64,000 nt of DNA, taken from the NCBI GenBank assembly GCA_964016885.1, contig OZ024742.1, positions 270,382,001 through 270,446,000 of the forward strand, given 5' to 3'. Shown here in pieces: positions 47,609-61,810 of the stretch. The position numbers were made by a program, and so were the translations under genes. The notes under the pieces are model-generated. The model saw only the letters and a list, made by a program, of their open reading frames with translations, had not been told where the DNA came from and did no database searches. Source of the DNA: Eledone cirrhosa (lineage: Eukaryota). Positions within the stretch are counted from its first letter, which is position 1; every line of letters starts with the position of its first letter.

Positions 47609-48317
47609 ATAAAACATGGGTAAATACTTGGAAAGTCTCATCAAGAAAAGCAAAAAAAAAAAAAAAAAAAAAAAAGATATAGACAAATGAATTAGAATAT
47701 GAAATATATAATAATCTTTCAAGAAATATAGTTAGGTGTGTGTGTATGTATGTATATACGCTCACAGATGTGCATATATGTGTATGCACATATGTATACG
47801 TATAGTGAAAAAGTGTGCGTAAATATATAATTTAGGGTAAATGTATCTGTATGTCTGTAATCTACAGACAGAATAGATACATCATAAGAATATGAAGGCA
47901 CGCGCATAAACACACCTACACACACGTACACTTAGATGCGTAAGTAAAAGAGGTAAGGGAGTGTAATAATTAAAGGAAAGTATCAATCTCGATATATTTA
48001 TAAAAATGGAACAATAATTTAGAAAGAAAAAATTAAAGAAAAGAAGACAAAAAGGTACATACATACACACACACGTCTATCTCACAAAAGAAACGCAAAA
48101 ATATACATGCTTATATACACACGCACACTTACACATCCATACGTTCGATACATACACACACACACACACATACACACACATACTTACACTCACGCATATT
48201 GACCTGTTTGCATGCACACGCATAAAAATGAGGATGTTAAAAAAGGGGGGAGAAGAAAAAAAGGAACAAAACATAAAACCTAGATGTAAAAACACGGATA
48301 TAAAGACACATACACAT

Positions 48318-48426
<109 letters not shown>

Positions 48427-48866
48427 CACGCACGCGCGCGCACATACGTAGTCGCTCATGTACATATATAGAAAGTATACACACATTAAGGCGTTCAGCC
48501 ACATTGATACAGGATGTAAAAAAACTTGTGGATAAGTAAGTACAAATATAAAATTATAAAATTGTAAGATTGGCTGCGCTAAAATAAAAAAATAAAAATA
48601 AAAATGAAAAATATATCTGGAGTGGAAAACGCAAATGACATTTGTTATCAGTTAGTGAAGGAAATAGGTAAGTAAAAAATGGAAAGTGAAGATATTAGGT
48701 AAGTGAATCGCAGAATAAAGGGGGGGGGGGGGGTTATTGGTGGATGTGAAGTAAAAATAAAAAAATATATAAAAATAAAAATAAAAATAAAGATAAAGGA
48801 AATTAATGACAAGGATAAAAATGAAAGTAAATCAGAAAGGGTAATTATAAAGAGAATAATAAGAGT

Positions 48867-49640
48867 TTATGGAGGATAAGTGTCTGAAAGTGTGTTAAGT
48901 TTATATGAGCTGGAAAGCAGGTTTGATTTCATGTGTGGGCAACTGGTGAAAATTTCCGTCTTTGTGTTCAGGCAGGTCTTTGGTGATTTAAGATGTTGCA
49001 ATATCCAATATTTTTCATTTATGCAGAGCGTGCATTTTCTTGTTCCTCTTGCATATTTTTTAGATTGGTTCAACATTGACCAATCTAATTCATATTGAAT
49101 GCCTTGGTCTTTCAAATCCCAAATTCTGCTAGCCAGAGCTGTTGTAAATCTTTTTTCTGGTTATCGAAAGGATGCGGCATGTGAGTAATAACGCGTTTTG
49201 AATTTGTCTTGCGTCATACCCACATATCGTTCACTGGTGGCTGGATGGCTGTTGCTGATGCTTGTCACTTTAGCCGCATATACAATGGCTTTGGTGTTGC
49301 ATTTACCTTGTAATAGGCATTCACTTTTGATTCTACAGGAGCAAGTTTGATTTTCTCTAGGTGATATTTTGTTGATGATATAGGACTTAATAGGGGGACC
49401 GCAGGAATAGTTAATTTTGACACAGTTTCTGTTAAAGATCTTATAGTATCTATGTGTTATAGGGAAATGTTTATCTAGGAGCTCTAGGAATTTTTTGCCT
49501 ACATTAGTTTTAACTGCTAGAGAGTAGGGGGTATGAACCAGATTATTTTTCTTTTCCTGTTTTTATGTTTAATAGAGTTAGTATAGTTGGGTATGCATTT
49601 AATCGGTTCCCTAAAACCGCTATTTTGGAGGGCTTTATTA
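48867..49640 (-). mobile_element. Naiad-like Penelope fragment (linker, GIY-YIG and C-terminal Cys motif)
   Basis: HFPITHRYYKIFNRNCVKINYSC, CSCRIKSECLLQGKCNTKAIVY, YVGMTQDKFKTRY, CTLCINEKYWI..LNTKTEIFTSCPH. Confidence 0.88.
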
Positions 49641-49990
49641 TAGTAGGGGGATGCATATATATATATTTATTTTTTTTTATATACATATATAATTATGTAT
49701 ATGTACATCTCGTGTATCTGTTTGTTTTTAAGTTGTTTTTGTATTTCCCCACACCCTTCTTATCGTAGTCAAAACGTATCCTTCTGTCTTTATTTCATTT
49801 TTGACTTTGTATGTTTTGTTCTTATTAATTAATTTATTTATTCTTATTACTTCAAGTATAAGTATGTGTATGTATATATGTCCCTGTGTGTAGACGCATA
49901 TATGCTTATGTGAACAAGTATACGTCTACGTACTATGTAAGTATATGCGCGTGATTGTGTGTGTGTATGTTTATGTTCTGGATATTTATT

Positions 49991-50028
<38 letters not shown>

Positions 50029-50130
50029 TTTTTCCCCTTTTCTTCTACGCCCGTTTTATTCTCAGCCTCGCTTTCATATTTCTTAAATTTTGTTTTCAAA
50101 TCCATATTATTAAACACACCATGTTTTGTA

Positions 50131-50191
50131 TTCATTGTGACGACTGAAAACAGATCTAACATCTGCTTTTCAGAAACCACTGGTAAATGAA
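50131..50191 (+). ncRNA. Hammerhead relative of 47531-47608 (core C3 mutated to G)
   Basis: TTCATT-GTGACGA-C-TGAAAACAGAT..ATCTGCTTTTCA-GAA-ACC-ACT-GGT-A-AATGAA. Confidence 0.6.
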
Positions 50192-50285
50192 ATAATTATC
50201 TTATGTTGTTTATTACATAACTAATAAGCTCTGTAGCCTACATAGAGCACTCTTTTTCCTGTACCTTTTTTGACGGAATTACTTC

Positions 50286-50328
<43 letters not shown>

Positions 50329-50663
50329 GAATGGGAACAAAGAATCAGCATTGTATCATATACACATTTAATTGCATATTAATGTTTCACTCCCGATCAC
50401 CTCGATGAACGATCGAATAATTTTCGTTCCTGTCTCTGGAATTGGAAGCTCCTCAGGTATGTTTCTATTTGAACTATAAAGACTTTCTTTCTTCAACCGC
50501 CCTTAATAACATTTTGAATCCTTAAGCTTTTACTCAGGAAGAACAGAGGACGCTAACGTGTATTTAACTACACTCAACTTACCAAACAAAATAGAAAAAG
50601 TACTACACTATATCCTTATATATATATATATATATATACACACACATACACCCCGCTCCATAT

Positions 50664-50734
<71 letters not shown>

Positions 50735-51309
50735 GTTATTCCGGGTTGAATCGGAGGTAACCACAGTAAGTAAGGTACTCAATACATAGCAGAGTATAAC
50801 AGTTTTAATATAGATGATATTCTACAGGACTAGAACTGTTTCATTCATTAGAAATCATCAGGAATCTGGGTATCAAAAAATAAAAATGGTATTTATAGGT
50901 CTCTACAAGTGGTAGGAGAGGGTGGGGAGTGGGATGGGTGCAGGTCATTGGTTGATAGAAAAGGGAATTCATTAAAAGCTAATTCTACAAAGCTATAGTT
51001 TATTTTTATTTATTTATGTTTTTAGAGTAACAAGGGCAGACAGAATTCTATAAACAGGTTCCGGATGGCATACCATTCCTTGTCATTAAGTTTCTCTTAA
51101 GCTAACAGATGTCTATAAAATCAGTGGGAGGTCTGTCATGGTCGATAGAATTAAAGAAAAGGGAGATTCTTTAAAAGCTAAAATCATTAAGGTTCTACTA
51201 AGTGACAAAGGTCTAGAGAATTCTGCAGACAGATTCAAAATACTGAGTGCATATCTTACTATTATCTTCGAACTTCTCTTAAACTAATCAACTATATGCC
51301 AAAAATCAA

Positions 51310-51446
51310 CAGACACATTCACAAAAAAACAAAAAAACATACTCACTCACACACTTACGCGCAACCATAAACACACACACAAACACATATACACACATAA
51401 AAACACACACATATATAAAAATATATTCATATACATACATATACAT

Positions 51447-51487
<41 letters not shown>

Positions 51488-51879
51488 TATATATATATAT
51501 ATATATACACACACATATATATATACACATACACACACACATACACATACATACACACACACTCACATATATACACATATAAATACACTCACACACATAC
51601 ATACACACACAAATATACATGTGTATACATATACACACAAATACATATAGACATATATACATACATATACACAGACACATATACACAAATATTCTCTATA
51701 AAAACTAAATAGGTCCTCAGTAATATTATTCTGATGAAATGACAGTAAATAATAACATTGGAATATTAAATGTCTGCATAACTAAAAGTTTGTAGATAGC
51801 AGCTGTTTTAGGTTATGTAACTGTTATAGAAACACGTGTCAATAAAATCCTTTCAACTAAACTGTATCCATTCAAATCT

Positions 51880-51932
<53 letters not shown>

Positions 51933-51975
51933 CACACATACATACATACACATATATATACACACACATACGTAT

Positions 51976-52056
<81 letters not shown>

Positions 52057-52061
52057 TACAT

Positions 52062-52092
<31 letters not shown>

Positions 52093-52292
52093 AAAAACCA
52101 CATACACACACATATATACATATACACACACATACGCACAAACACACACACACATATATATACATATACATATATATATATACATTCATATATATAACCA
52201 TATACATATATACATATATACACATACATATATATATATATATATATACATAAACAAATATATACACGTACAAACACACACACACACATACA

Positions 52293-52346
<54 letters not shown>

Positions 52347-52390
52347 TACACACATATACACATATATAAGGAAAAAAGCACCATACATAC

Positions 52391-52442
<52 letters not shown>

Positions 52443-52450
52443 ATATATAT

Positions 52451-52495
<45 letters not shown>

Positions 52496-52552
52496 TACAC
52501 ACATATATACACAGACCCATATATATACATATATATATATACACATATATAT

Positions 52553-52613
<61 letters not shown>

Positions 52614-52670
52614 AATATATACATATATATAAAAATATACACACATATACATACATACACACACATATAT

Positions 52671-52715
<45 letters not shown>

Positions 52716-52939
52716 CAAACAAACATACAAACATACATATACACATACATATATATATAAACATATATATACACATATATACACGTATGTATATACATAT
52801 ATATATATATACATACACACATATATATATATACACATATATATACACATATATATATATATACACACACATATACATATTATATATACACACATATACA
52901 CACACATACACATACACATATATACACATACACACACAC

Positions 52940-52988
<49 letters not shown>

Positions 52989-53084
52989 CATATACACACA
53001 CATATATATATATACACACGCACACACATATATACACATATATATACACACACACACACACACATACACATGCATATGTATAAA

Positions 53085-53127
<43 letters not shown>

Positions 53128-53216
53128 ATATATATACAAACATACACATACATACACAGACCTATACATAAATATACACATATATATATACAGACATATA
53201 ACGCATATATACACAC

Positions 53217-53257
<41 letters not shown>

Positions 53258-53408
53258 TATACACACACGCGCATACACACATACACACACACACACACAC
53301 ACAAATATATATACACACTCTCTCTCACGCACATATATATATATATATATATATATAAACACATATATATATATACATATATACATATATACATACATAC
53401 ATATACAC

Positions 53409-53486
<78 letters not shown>

Positions 53487-53569
53487 GTATATACATATAT
53501 ACATATATATACATATATACATACAAATACACACACACATATATATATACACACACCTGCCCACACAAC

Positions 53570-53604
<35 letters not shown>

Positions 53605-53855
53605 GCACACACATACACACATACACACACACGCACATATATATATATATATACATATATATATACATATATATATATACACATATACATACATATACAT
53701 ACACATATATACATAAACATACATACATACATACACATACATACATACATACATACACATATATACACATATATATATATACATATATATACACATATAT
53801 ATACATACATATACATACATAAATATACACACATAAAACACATATACACACAAAC

Positions 53856-53886
<31 letters not shown>

Positions 53887-53950
53887 TACATATACACACA
53901 TACAAACAAATATATACACATACAAATAAATAGGTACTCAATAAATATAC
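51310..53950. repeat. Long cryptic (TA)/(CA)/(TACA) microsatellite field
   Basis: Direct observation. Confidence 0.9.
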
Positions 53951-54338
53951 GCATATACGCAGGCACATAAAGACACCTCTACAGGCAGAAAATGTAGATA
54001 CGAAAGAGGTACTCACATAACCATAGTGGCCGTATTTCAGGTTGAGGAGTGGTGGGGGTAGGGTGGGGAGGAGGTATAGGGGCCAATAGGGGGAGGTCGT
54101 TTTTAGCCATCGGGCTTTAACACTGGCTTAAAGTGTTTGAAAGTTGCAAAGTTCTTGTGCATGCAGTTCGGGCAGTGTTCAGAGAGTTTGTTCAGTAGCG
54201 GGCCCTTGGCGAATAAAAGTTCGTAGCTCTCTGAAATACAAAGGTCGCAGCCCTTGTGTCCTCCGTTGTAAGAGCGCGCTTCTGGAGTATTTTCCATTTA
54301 AGCGTGAAGGGGGTGGAGTTCCTTTTGAGGTCCCAAAC

Positions 54339-55265
54339 CTAGGAGGCGAGTGTCGTCTGATTTGATTTATCCGGTCTTCTGAAGGAGTGGGTATGGGCAT
54401 ACCAACGGGTCTTAAAGTTGTTGGAGGTCATGCCGATGTAAGTTTTTTTGCAATCCTCGGTGCCTGAGATGACATCGCATTTGTATACGATGTCATTTGT
54501 GAGGCATTTGTTTTCAAGTGGGCATGCTTCCTTATTTAGGCAATTACATAGAGCCCCAGTCCGGGGATTGGTTTCGTAGGTGGTTGGCTTATTTAATTTA
54601 GAATTGTGGTTGGCTATATTCCTAGCTAGGTTAGGTGTGGTGGAGTAAGACAGTCTTATAGTGTTCTTATTAAAGATGGTGTAGTACCTATGTTGTATGG
54701 GGAAGTGTAATTTCAGTAAAGTGAAGAAAATCCTAGCTATCGGAGTAGATACCTCTCTATTGAAGGGAGGGTTGTACCAGCTAATCTGCCTATGTCTATT
54801 CCTCCTCTGCAATCTTGCGGTGGTTTCTAGGTAAGTTATCTTATCTTTAAATCCGCTACGGGCGAGGGCGTCATTGTAGTAGGAGGCAGATGCATTAAAA
54901 ATATCTTTGTTGGCGGAGAGGCCAGATATTCTAATAGAGACGCTTTTTACTAGGTTATCAGTGATGTTTTGGGGGTGGTTTGAATTAACATTAATATATT
55001 TAAGGGACTCGTTAGGTTTGTGGTACGGGTAATAGAGGGAAGTATCTAGGTCGAGAGTGACATCTAAGAAGTTGGCCCTAGTCAAATTAGAATCTATAGT
55101 TATACTAAATCCTAGATTAGAGAAGAAAGAGCTTAAGTTTTTCCGAAACACATCGGTGGTTCTGGGGTTAACCTTATGCAGGGCGAAGAGGCCGTCGTCT
55201 CGGTATAAACCTCCCGTTAGGCCGGTAAAGAGGTTCTTCAGGTTATGTAGGATGTACAGGCCCAC
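54339..55265 (-). pseudogene. Penelope (Naiad-like) RT C-half and GIY-YIG endonuclease ORF, 5'-truncated, continuing past a stop and frameshift to 54103
   Basis: 308-aa ORF in the track with RT YRDD and GIY-YIG motifs. Confidence 0.9.
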
Positions 55266-55442
55266 AAGGTCGCTAATTTCAACTCTAAAAACATAAATAA
55301 ATAAAAATAAACTATAGCTTTGTAGAATTAGCTTTTAATGAATTCCCTTTTCTATCAACCAATGACCTGCACCCATCCCACTCCCCACCCTCTCCTACCA
55401 CTTGTAGAGACCTATAAATACCATTTTTATTTTTTGATACCC

Positions 55443-55493
55443 AGATTCCTGATGATTTCTAATGAATGAAACAGATCTAGTCCTGTAGAATCT
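55443..55493 (+). ncRNA. Family A hammerhead in the inverted pLTR (partner at 50817-50868 on -)
   Basis: AGATTC-CTGATGA-TTTCTAATGAAT-GAA-ACAG-atctagtc-CTGT-A-GAATCT. Confidence 0.75.
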
Positions 55494-55505
55494 CATCTAT
55501 ATTAA

Positions 55506-55595
<90 letters not shown>

Positions 55596-56012
55596 TTGGA
55601 TGCATATTAAATCGAATCTCTGGCGGTGTGCAAGCAAATTCGGCCTACTATATGAATGAGTTAGCAAAGCACTCGACAAGGTAGGTCCTTAGAGTAATAA
55701 CATACGTTTAAATAGCTTCACAAATTGAACATTGTGGTACGTAAAATCTAACATACAATACGAAAGTAACGAATGAACTAACAGGGTGAGAAAAAATAGA
55801 CCTGGTCAAATCAAACGTTATACGTTTAAAGTGTTTCTATGAATCCGAAATCAAATATCAGACTTACGTAACTGGCAAGCTCATGGAGTTCATGATCGAA
55901 CAGAGGATTCAGTTCATCAACAGATTTTCGTTTACCAAAGAACGGGGCGAGAAGCTAAGTGTTGTCGCTTGCTGCAGCGAATCGTATATTTAGTTGTCAC
56001 GTGTTATTTCCA

Positions 56013-56095
<83 letters not shown>

Positions 56096-56131
56096 TTAAA
56101 TATATAAGTTAAACTTATATATATATATATA

Positions 56132-58874
56132 TAAGTTAAAACAATGAAATAAACAATCAATACATTAGAAATATGCTTCACTGCTTCACGATCGTTTCTA
56201 GGTGCTGATAATATATCGTAACTATACTTCGATATCGATCTATGTAAGGTCAGTTACAAAATATCCGATAAAGAGAATATTTACTTACATACATATCACC
56301 AGCTGTTGTCAAATGCAATAATAATTTCATTCAAAATTAGTAGTAAATTAGTATTATGTTTTGTTCTATGACCTTGTTTGGAGGTATTTGAAGAATTACC
56401 ACCAACCCAACCAGAATCTACACTATGTACATTCATGCTCTATCCACCCTGATTCTATACTAAAAAACTTAATATATAACATATATTTTAGACTTTCTAA
56501 AGTATCTTCCAATGAAGATATATTTTATAATCATGCACCCTTCTACAACGAGGCCTTAACTAGAAGTGGATATAAAGAAAACATCTCAAATATCCCCAAT
56601 ACTACTATGGACCAAAATATAAAACCTAGCAAAAACTACAAACACCAAAAAATACCATTGAAACAAATACCTAAAGAGTTTATTCCTATTACACCAAACA
56701 ACCGAAAAACCACAACATCTATTACTACACCATCTATGACCAATGTTATCAACTCACATATGAATAACAAGCATTCAAAATCTCATAATCTACCCAATAA
56801 TAAAACCAAATACAACCACGCTAGTTTACCAAATTCCACAAATGCGAACACTAACCATAAGAATTCTTCTAGAACACAGCACAATAATATAAGTGGTAAT
56901 AAGAACTTAACTAAAAACCGCAAAGGAAACATAACATGGTACAACGCACCCTTCAACCTGCAAACTATTGGACAAATGCCCCCAAAATTCTTCGAAATTC
57001 TACATAACCATTTTCCACCAAACCACAGATACCACCAACTATTTAACAGATATACTGTTAAATTATCATACTCTACATCAAACAATCTCCAGCAAAAAAT
57101 AAGCAACTACAACATTTATAAATTTTAAAATAATATGACCACACCACCACACCATAATTTAAATAGGACTACAGCTTTTAAAAGGGAAAATATTACAATC
57201 CTTCAACCTGGAAAACACAACCACCCAAATCCCCAACACAAAAACAACAGAACACAAATTCACAATACAACCCTAGCACTAAACCACCCACAAAGAAACC
57301 TCCATTCTCCCGCTAACATTAATTACAATAGGAATAGCTGAAGGATTACGTATGGTTGTAATCGCAGAAATAGAAGCATTTGCCTCTTAATGGCAACTGT
57401 TTGATTAATAATGTAATATATAAATGCACTGTCTACTACTGACTCCAACAAAATATATATAGGATCTACATCAAACACATTTAAGAAAATATTTTACGCA
57501 CACTCTAGTAGTTTTAAGAACACTAAACTAGCTAACACCACATATTTAGATGAAGCGGTAAATAACTATAAAAATAAAAAAAATAAATTTCAAGCTATCG
57601 TGGAACACCATTCCACAAAGAACTCCATATCTTCGAAGCAGGAGAGCATGCAGGTTATGTTCAGGGGCGATCTTGTAAAGTTACTAAATCTAAGAACGAT
57701 TTATTGAATAAAAGACAAGTACTGATTATAGTTTGTAATCACCGTATACGAAAAACATTTAAATACTATAAACCTAATTAAACATTCTAATTAGCAACTC
57801 ACTATAATTCTATATAGCGTAACATTTGTTAGTATCCCTTTCCCCTAAGTATATGTTTGCATCTATTTATGCGTATGTACATTTTAAGTTGAGTATCAAT
57901 AAAACTATACTTATATCTATAATGTGAGTATATGGATTTTGTGATCTATGAAATGTATGCGTTTTGATTATGTCAACATCTATTTATCTGAGTTTGATTA
58001 TTTATACATAGACATATTTGAAAGTATTTTCAGGCGTATCATACGCTGTATGATACTAAGTACAATTTACCACACCGTACTATATTGTATTACATTATAT
58101 TTGGCAGTATCGGTTGAGGGTCGGACGCCATGCTTTCCAGCATAGTTACGTCCCTTTACGATCTGAGTTCAAATCCCGCCGAGGTTGACTTTGCCTTTCA
58201 TCCTTACGGGGTCGATAAAATAAAGTACCAGTAATGCACTGGGTAATTGCTGGCCTTGTGCCTAAAGTAGAAACAATTATATTATATTATTGTATTACTA
58301 TACTTCAATATTTTATTATAATTTTCATATTTTAATATACTATCTTTCCTAGCCATGACCTTAAATTATATTCAACTAAAAATTCCATACAACAAAACTC
58401 ATCATTTAATTTTTACATTCCTTTTAAACTTCACTATACCATATACATTCAACGATCAATTTGACAATCCCTTTCTTCCTAATAGATTGTTTATGGCAAT
58501 TCTATTATTAACACCATTAAACAATTCCTTTCAAAGGGCCATGACCTCATCTAAAGTGAATTGTTTTTCATGTTAACATCATATGGAAAAAAACAATCTG
58601 ATTGGTTTGTTCTTCAACTACCTCCAAACAAGGTCATAGAACTAAACATAATACTAAATTACTAAAAATGTCGAATACAATTATTATTGCTTTTGAAAAC
58701 AGCTGGTGATATGCATGTAAGTATATATTCTCTTTATCTGATATGTTGTAAATAACCTTACATTGATCGATATCGATGTAGAGTTACGATGTATTAACAT
58801 CACCTAGAAACGATCGTAAATCAGTGAAGTATATTTCTAATGACTTGATTTTTTATTTCATTGTTTTAACTTAT
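56132..58874 (+). mobile_element. Naiad-like Penelope element with inverted 5' pLTR (56132-56395) and 3' pLTR (58610-58874)
   Basis: YHQPNQNLHYVHSCSIHP, ITWYNAPFN, HFPPNHRYHQLFNRYTVKLSYS, NVIYKC..YIGSTSNTFK; inverted repeats of about 260 bp. Confidence 0.88.
58100..58280 (+). mobile_element. SINE family A inserted in the Penelope 3' UTR
   Basis: Nearly identical to 43936-44115. Confidence 0.85.
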
Positions 58875-58995
58875 ATCATGACTCTGTTTTCCTTTTAATG
58901 TTTTCCGGGATTTATTTGAACCTACAACATTTTCAACATATGGATTACGTTGAGTTCTTCATGCAGACTAGACGCCACAACTTACCCTGGATATA

Positions 58996-59154
<159 letters not shown>

Positions 59155-59376
59155 CATAAAATATGTCTTTAGACTCACTAGATATGGTTAATTATACTAA
59201 TTGGGAGAGGAAATGGTATATATTCTATCTAGTGATTCTAAAGACATATTTTTATGATATATAGCTCTGATTATTTAATTTAATTTATTAATTTCTCATT
59301 GAGCCACAAGGTGACCGGTTGCAAAACACAAATATATAACTATGTCTTTATATATATATATATATATATGTAAATC

Positions 59377-59445
<69 letters not shown>

Positions 59446-59540
59446 AGTGTAGCTTGGAGTTAATGTTGGTTCACCCGGGTGAACACTCGATGTGTAGATT
59501 CACTTCAGTGTCGAGGTCTAGAGCTAGAAAGAGTGTATTA

Positions 59541-59810
59541 TAGTGAAATAAAATAACAAGGACTATTGGTTACTCCTTCATTGCGTTTATTCGTTGGTGA
59601 CGTGTGTTTCGCCACTGATCAACTCAATGTTTGATCTGTATCAATCTATCCCAACTCTGTAATCCGCGGCTCGTCAGACCCCTTGTAATGGTAATGGGGT
59701 TCTGACGAGCCGCGGATTACAGAGTCGAGCTGATTAGTGGCGAAACACACGTCACCAAACTCTAAATGTAATGAAGGAGTACCAATCGTCCTTGATATTT
59801 TATTTCACTA
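59541..59810. mobile_element. Fold-back pLTR palindrome with two divergent hammerheads (59595-59680 on -, 59697-59756 on +)
   Basis: GGT-CTGACGA-GCCGC..GTGGC-GAAAC-ACAC-GTC-ACC. Confidence 0.8.
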
Positions 59811-59832
59811 CACACACGCGTACACACACACA

Positions 59833-60149
<317 letters not shown>

Positions 60150-60189
60150 AAAAAAGAAAATATATATATATATCAAATTAATTATTGAA

Positions 60190-60869
60190 TCAGGATTTGT
60201 GGAATATCTTATTAGCTCCATATTGAGGACTTGTGTTGTTTGAGTTTTTAGTGTTTGTTATCAATTTTATAAATTTGTTTTACACGATTGCATTGTAATC
60301 CCGCACTGAGTGTGGTGTTTTTTTCTATTGTCCCCGATGTGTAGGAGCTTTTAGCGAATAAAGAAATATATATATATATATATACTGCTACTAATATGAC
60401 TACTCGGTGTCGTGAACAATAGCAGCCAATGTCGTAGCAACATCAATTGCATGACATCTGATAGGATGCGACCAACAAGACCTGCAACAATGTTAGTATT
60501 AATATAATATATAAGAATATTATATAAGAATACATATAAGAATATATTCTTATATATTAATATTAATACTAACATTGTTGCTGGTCTTGTTGGTCGCATC
60601 CTATCAGATGTCATGCAATTGATGTTGCTACGACATTGACTGCTATTGTTCACGACACCGAGTAGTAAAAGTAGTAGTATATATATATATATATTTCTTT
60701 ATTCGCTACAAGCTCCTACATATCGGGGACAATAAAAATAACCACCACGCTCAGTGCGGGATTACAATGAAATCGTGTAAACAAATGTATACAATTGACA
60801 ACAAACAATAACAACTCAAACAAAACAAGTCCTCAATATGGAGCTAATAAGATATTCCGCAAATCCTGA
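60190..60869. repeat. 680-bp imperfect palindrome including a LINE 3' end in both arms
   Basis: Inverted arms of about 335 bp seen directly; AT-rich centre near 60530. Confidence 0.9.
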
Positions 60870-61810
60870 GTTCACTTTGGAGCACCCTTGGACGGTACTC
60901 CTCTGCTCTTCATATCAACCAGCCTTTCGCGTCTTATTCACCCATCTTTTATCAAAATTACAGGTGGGGGGCAGCACTAACCTCTCGACGCTCACCTTTC
61001 TTTCGAAGTGGAGCAGTATGGGGAATTGGCTAGAGAGAAGTGTTTCTCTTCAGTCCTTTCAAATTCGTCTACCACAAAAACTCTTACGTTATGACGACCA
61101 GACAGAGGATAACTGCCTGCACTTCCCGGCCAAACGCAGGCGTTGGATCGGTTTCATTATGGAATAGGTTGATATCTGAATATATCCTTCACGAAATAAT
61201 AGCTGCTCGACAAAACTGCACAAACTCAGTAATGCACGGGCACTGGACCAGTGCATGCAGAACAGTTTGTCGCTCTTCGTATACCTAGGGCAGGTTGTTC
61301 TGACAACTCTTTCGAAACAGTATTGCCCAAAGCTAACAAGTGACAGATCTTTGGAAATTGTCCATAGTCCCCGGCTCGAACATCCCCAGGTATAGAGTGG
61401 TCTGTTCGATTTTGTCTATGACCACTACCGCCATAGATAGTGAGAGTGGAAGTTCCACTCACCGCATTGCCCGCCTGGTGGAAAACAGTGAGCGGCTGGC
61501 ATCATTCCAGATGCTACGATCCCAGATTCGCTTTCTTTTTGACGCTAGACTGCAGCTCGTCTCTTTCACAGAGCTTAGTACAAGGAGATGTACTGCAGAA
61601 AGGAGTGTCTCACTAACAGGGTCTACATCTGTTCACCGTTTAAGAATACCTGAAAAGCCGGAGCCTGAGCACATGTTTACGCATCATCAATCACGAAATA
61701 CCCAGCCCTCTACGTAGAAGCTGCAGGCATCAGATGGACTGCCTCACAAATGTAAACTGTCCATTCAACAATAAGCGGAAGATTCGATTTAGTGAGGTGC
61801 GAATGGGAGC
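60685..61810 (-). mobile_element. Decayed Tx1/L1-type LINE ORF2 C-terminus and 3' UTR
   Basis: GPGTMDNFQRSVT.. and ..LHALVQCP homologous to the 10364-10657 zf-RVT region; AATAAAGAAA plus TA tail. Confidence 0.75.

Larger units (their letters stand above)
50735..55508 (-). mobile_element. Naiad-like Penelope element: inverted 5' pLTR (55282-55508), RT and GIY-YIG (54103-55281), microsatellite-filled 3' region, 3' pLTR (50735-51300)
   Basis: YRDDGL, NFLDVTLDL, PYHKPN..YINVNSNHP, ISWYNPPFN, CNCLNKEACPLENKC, YIGMT; 55282-55508 is the near-exact reverse complement of 50803-51028. Confidence 0.9.
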
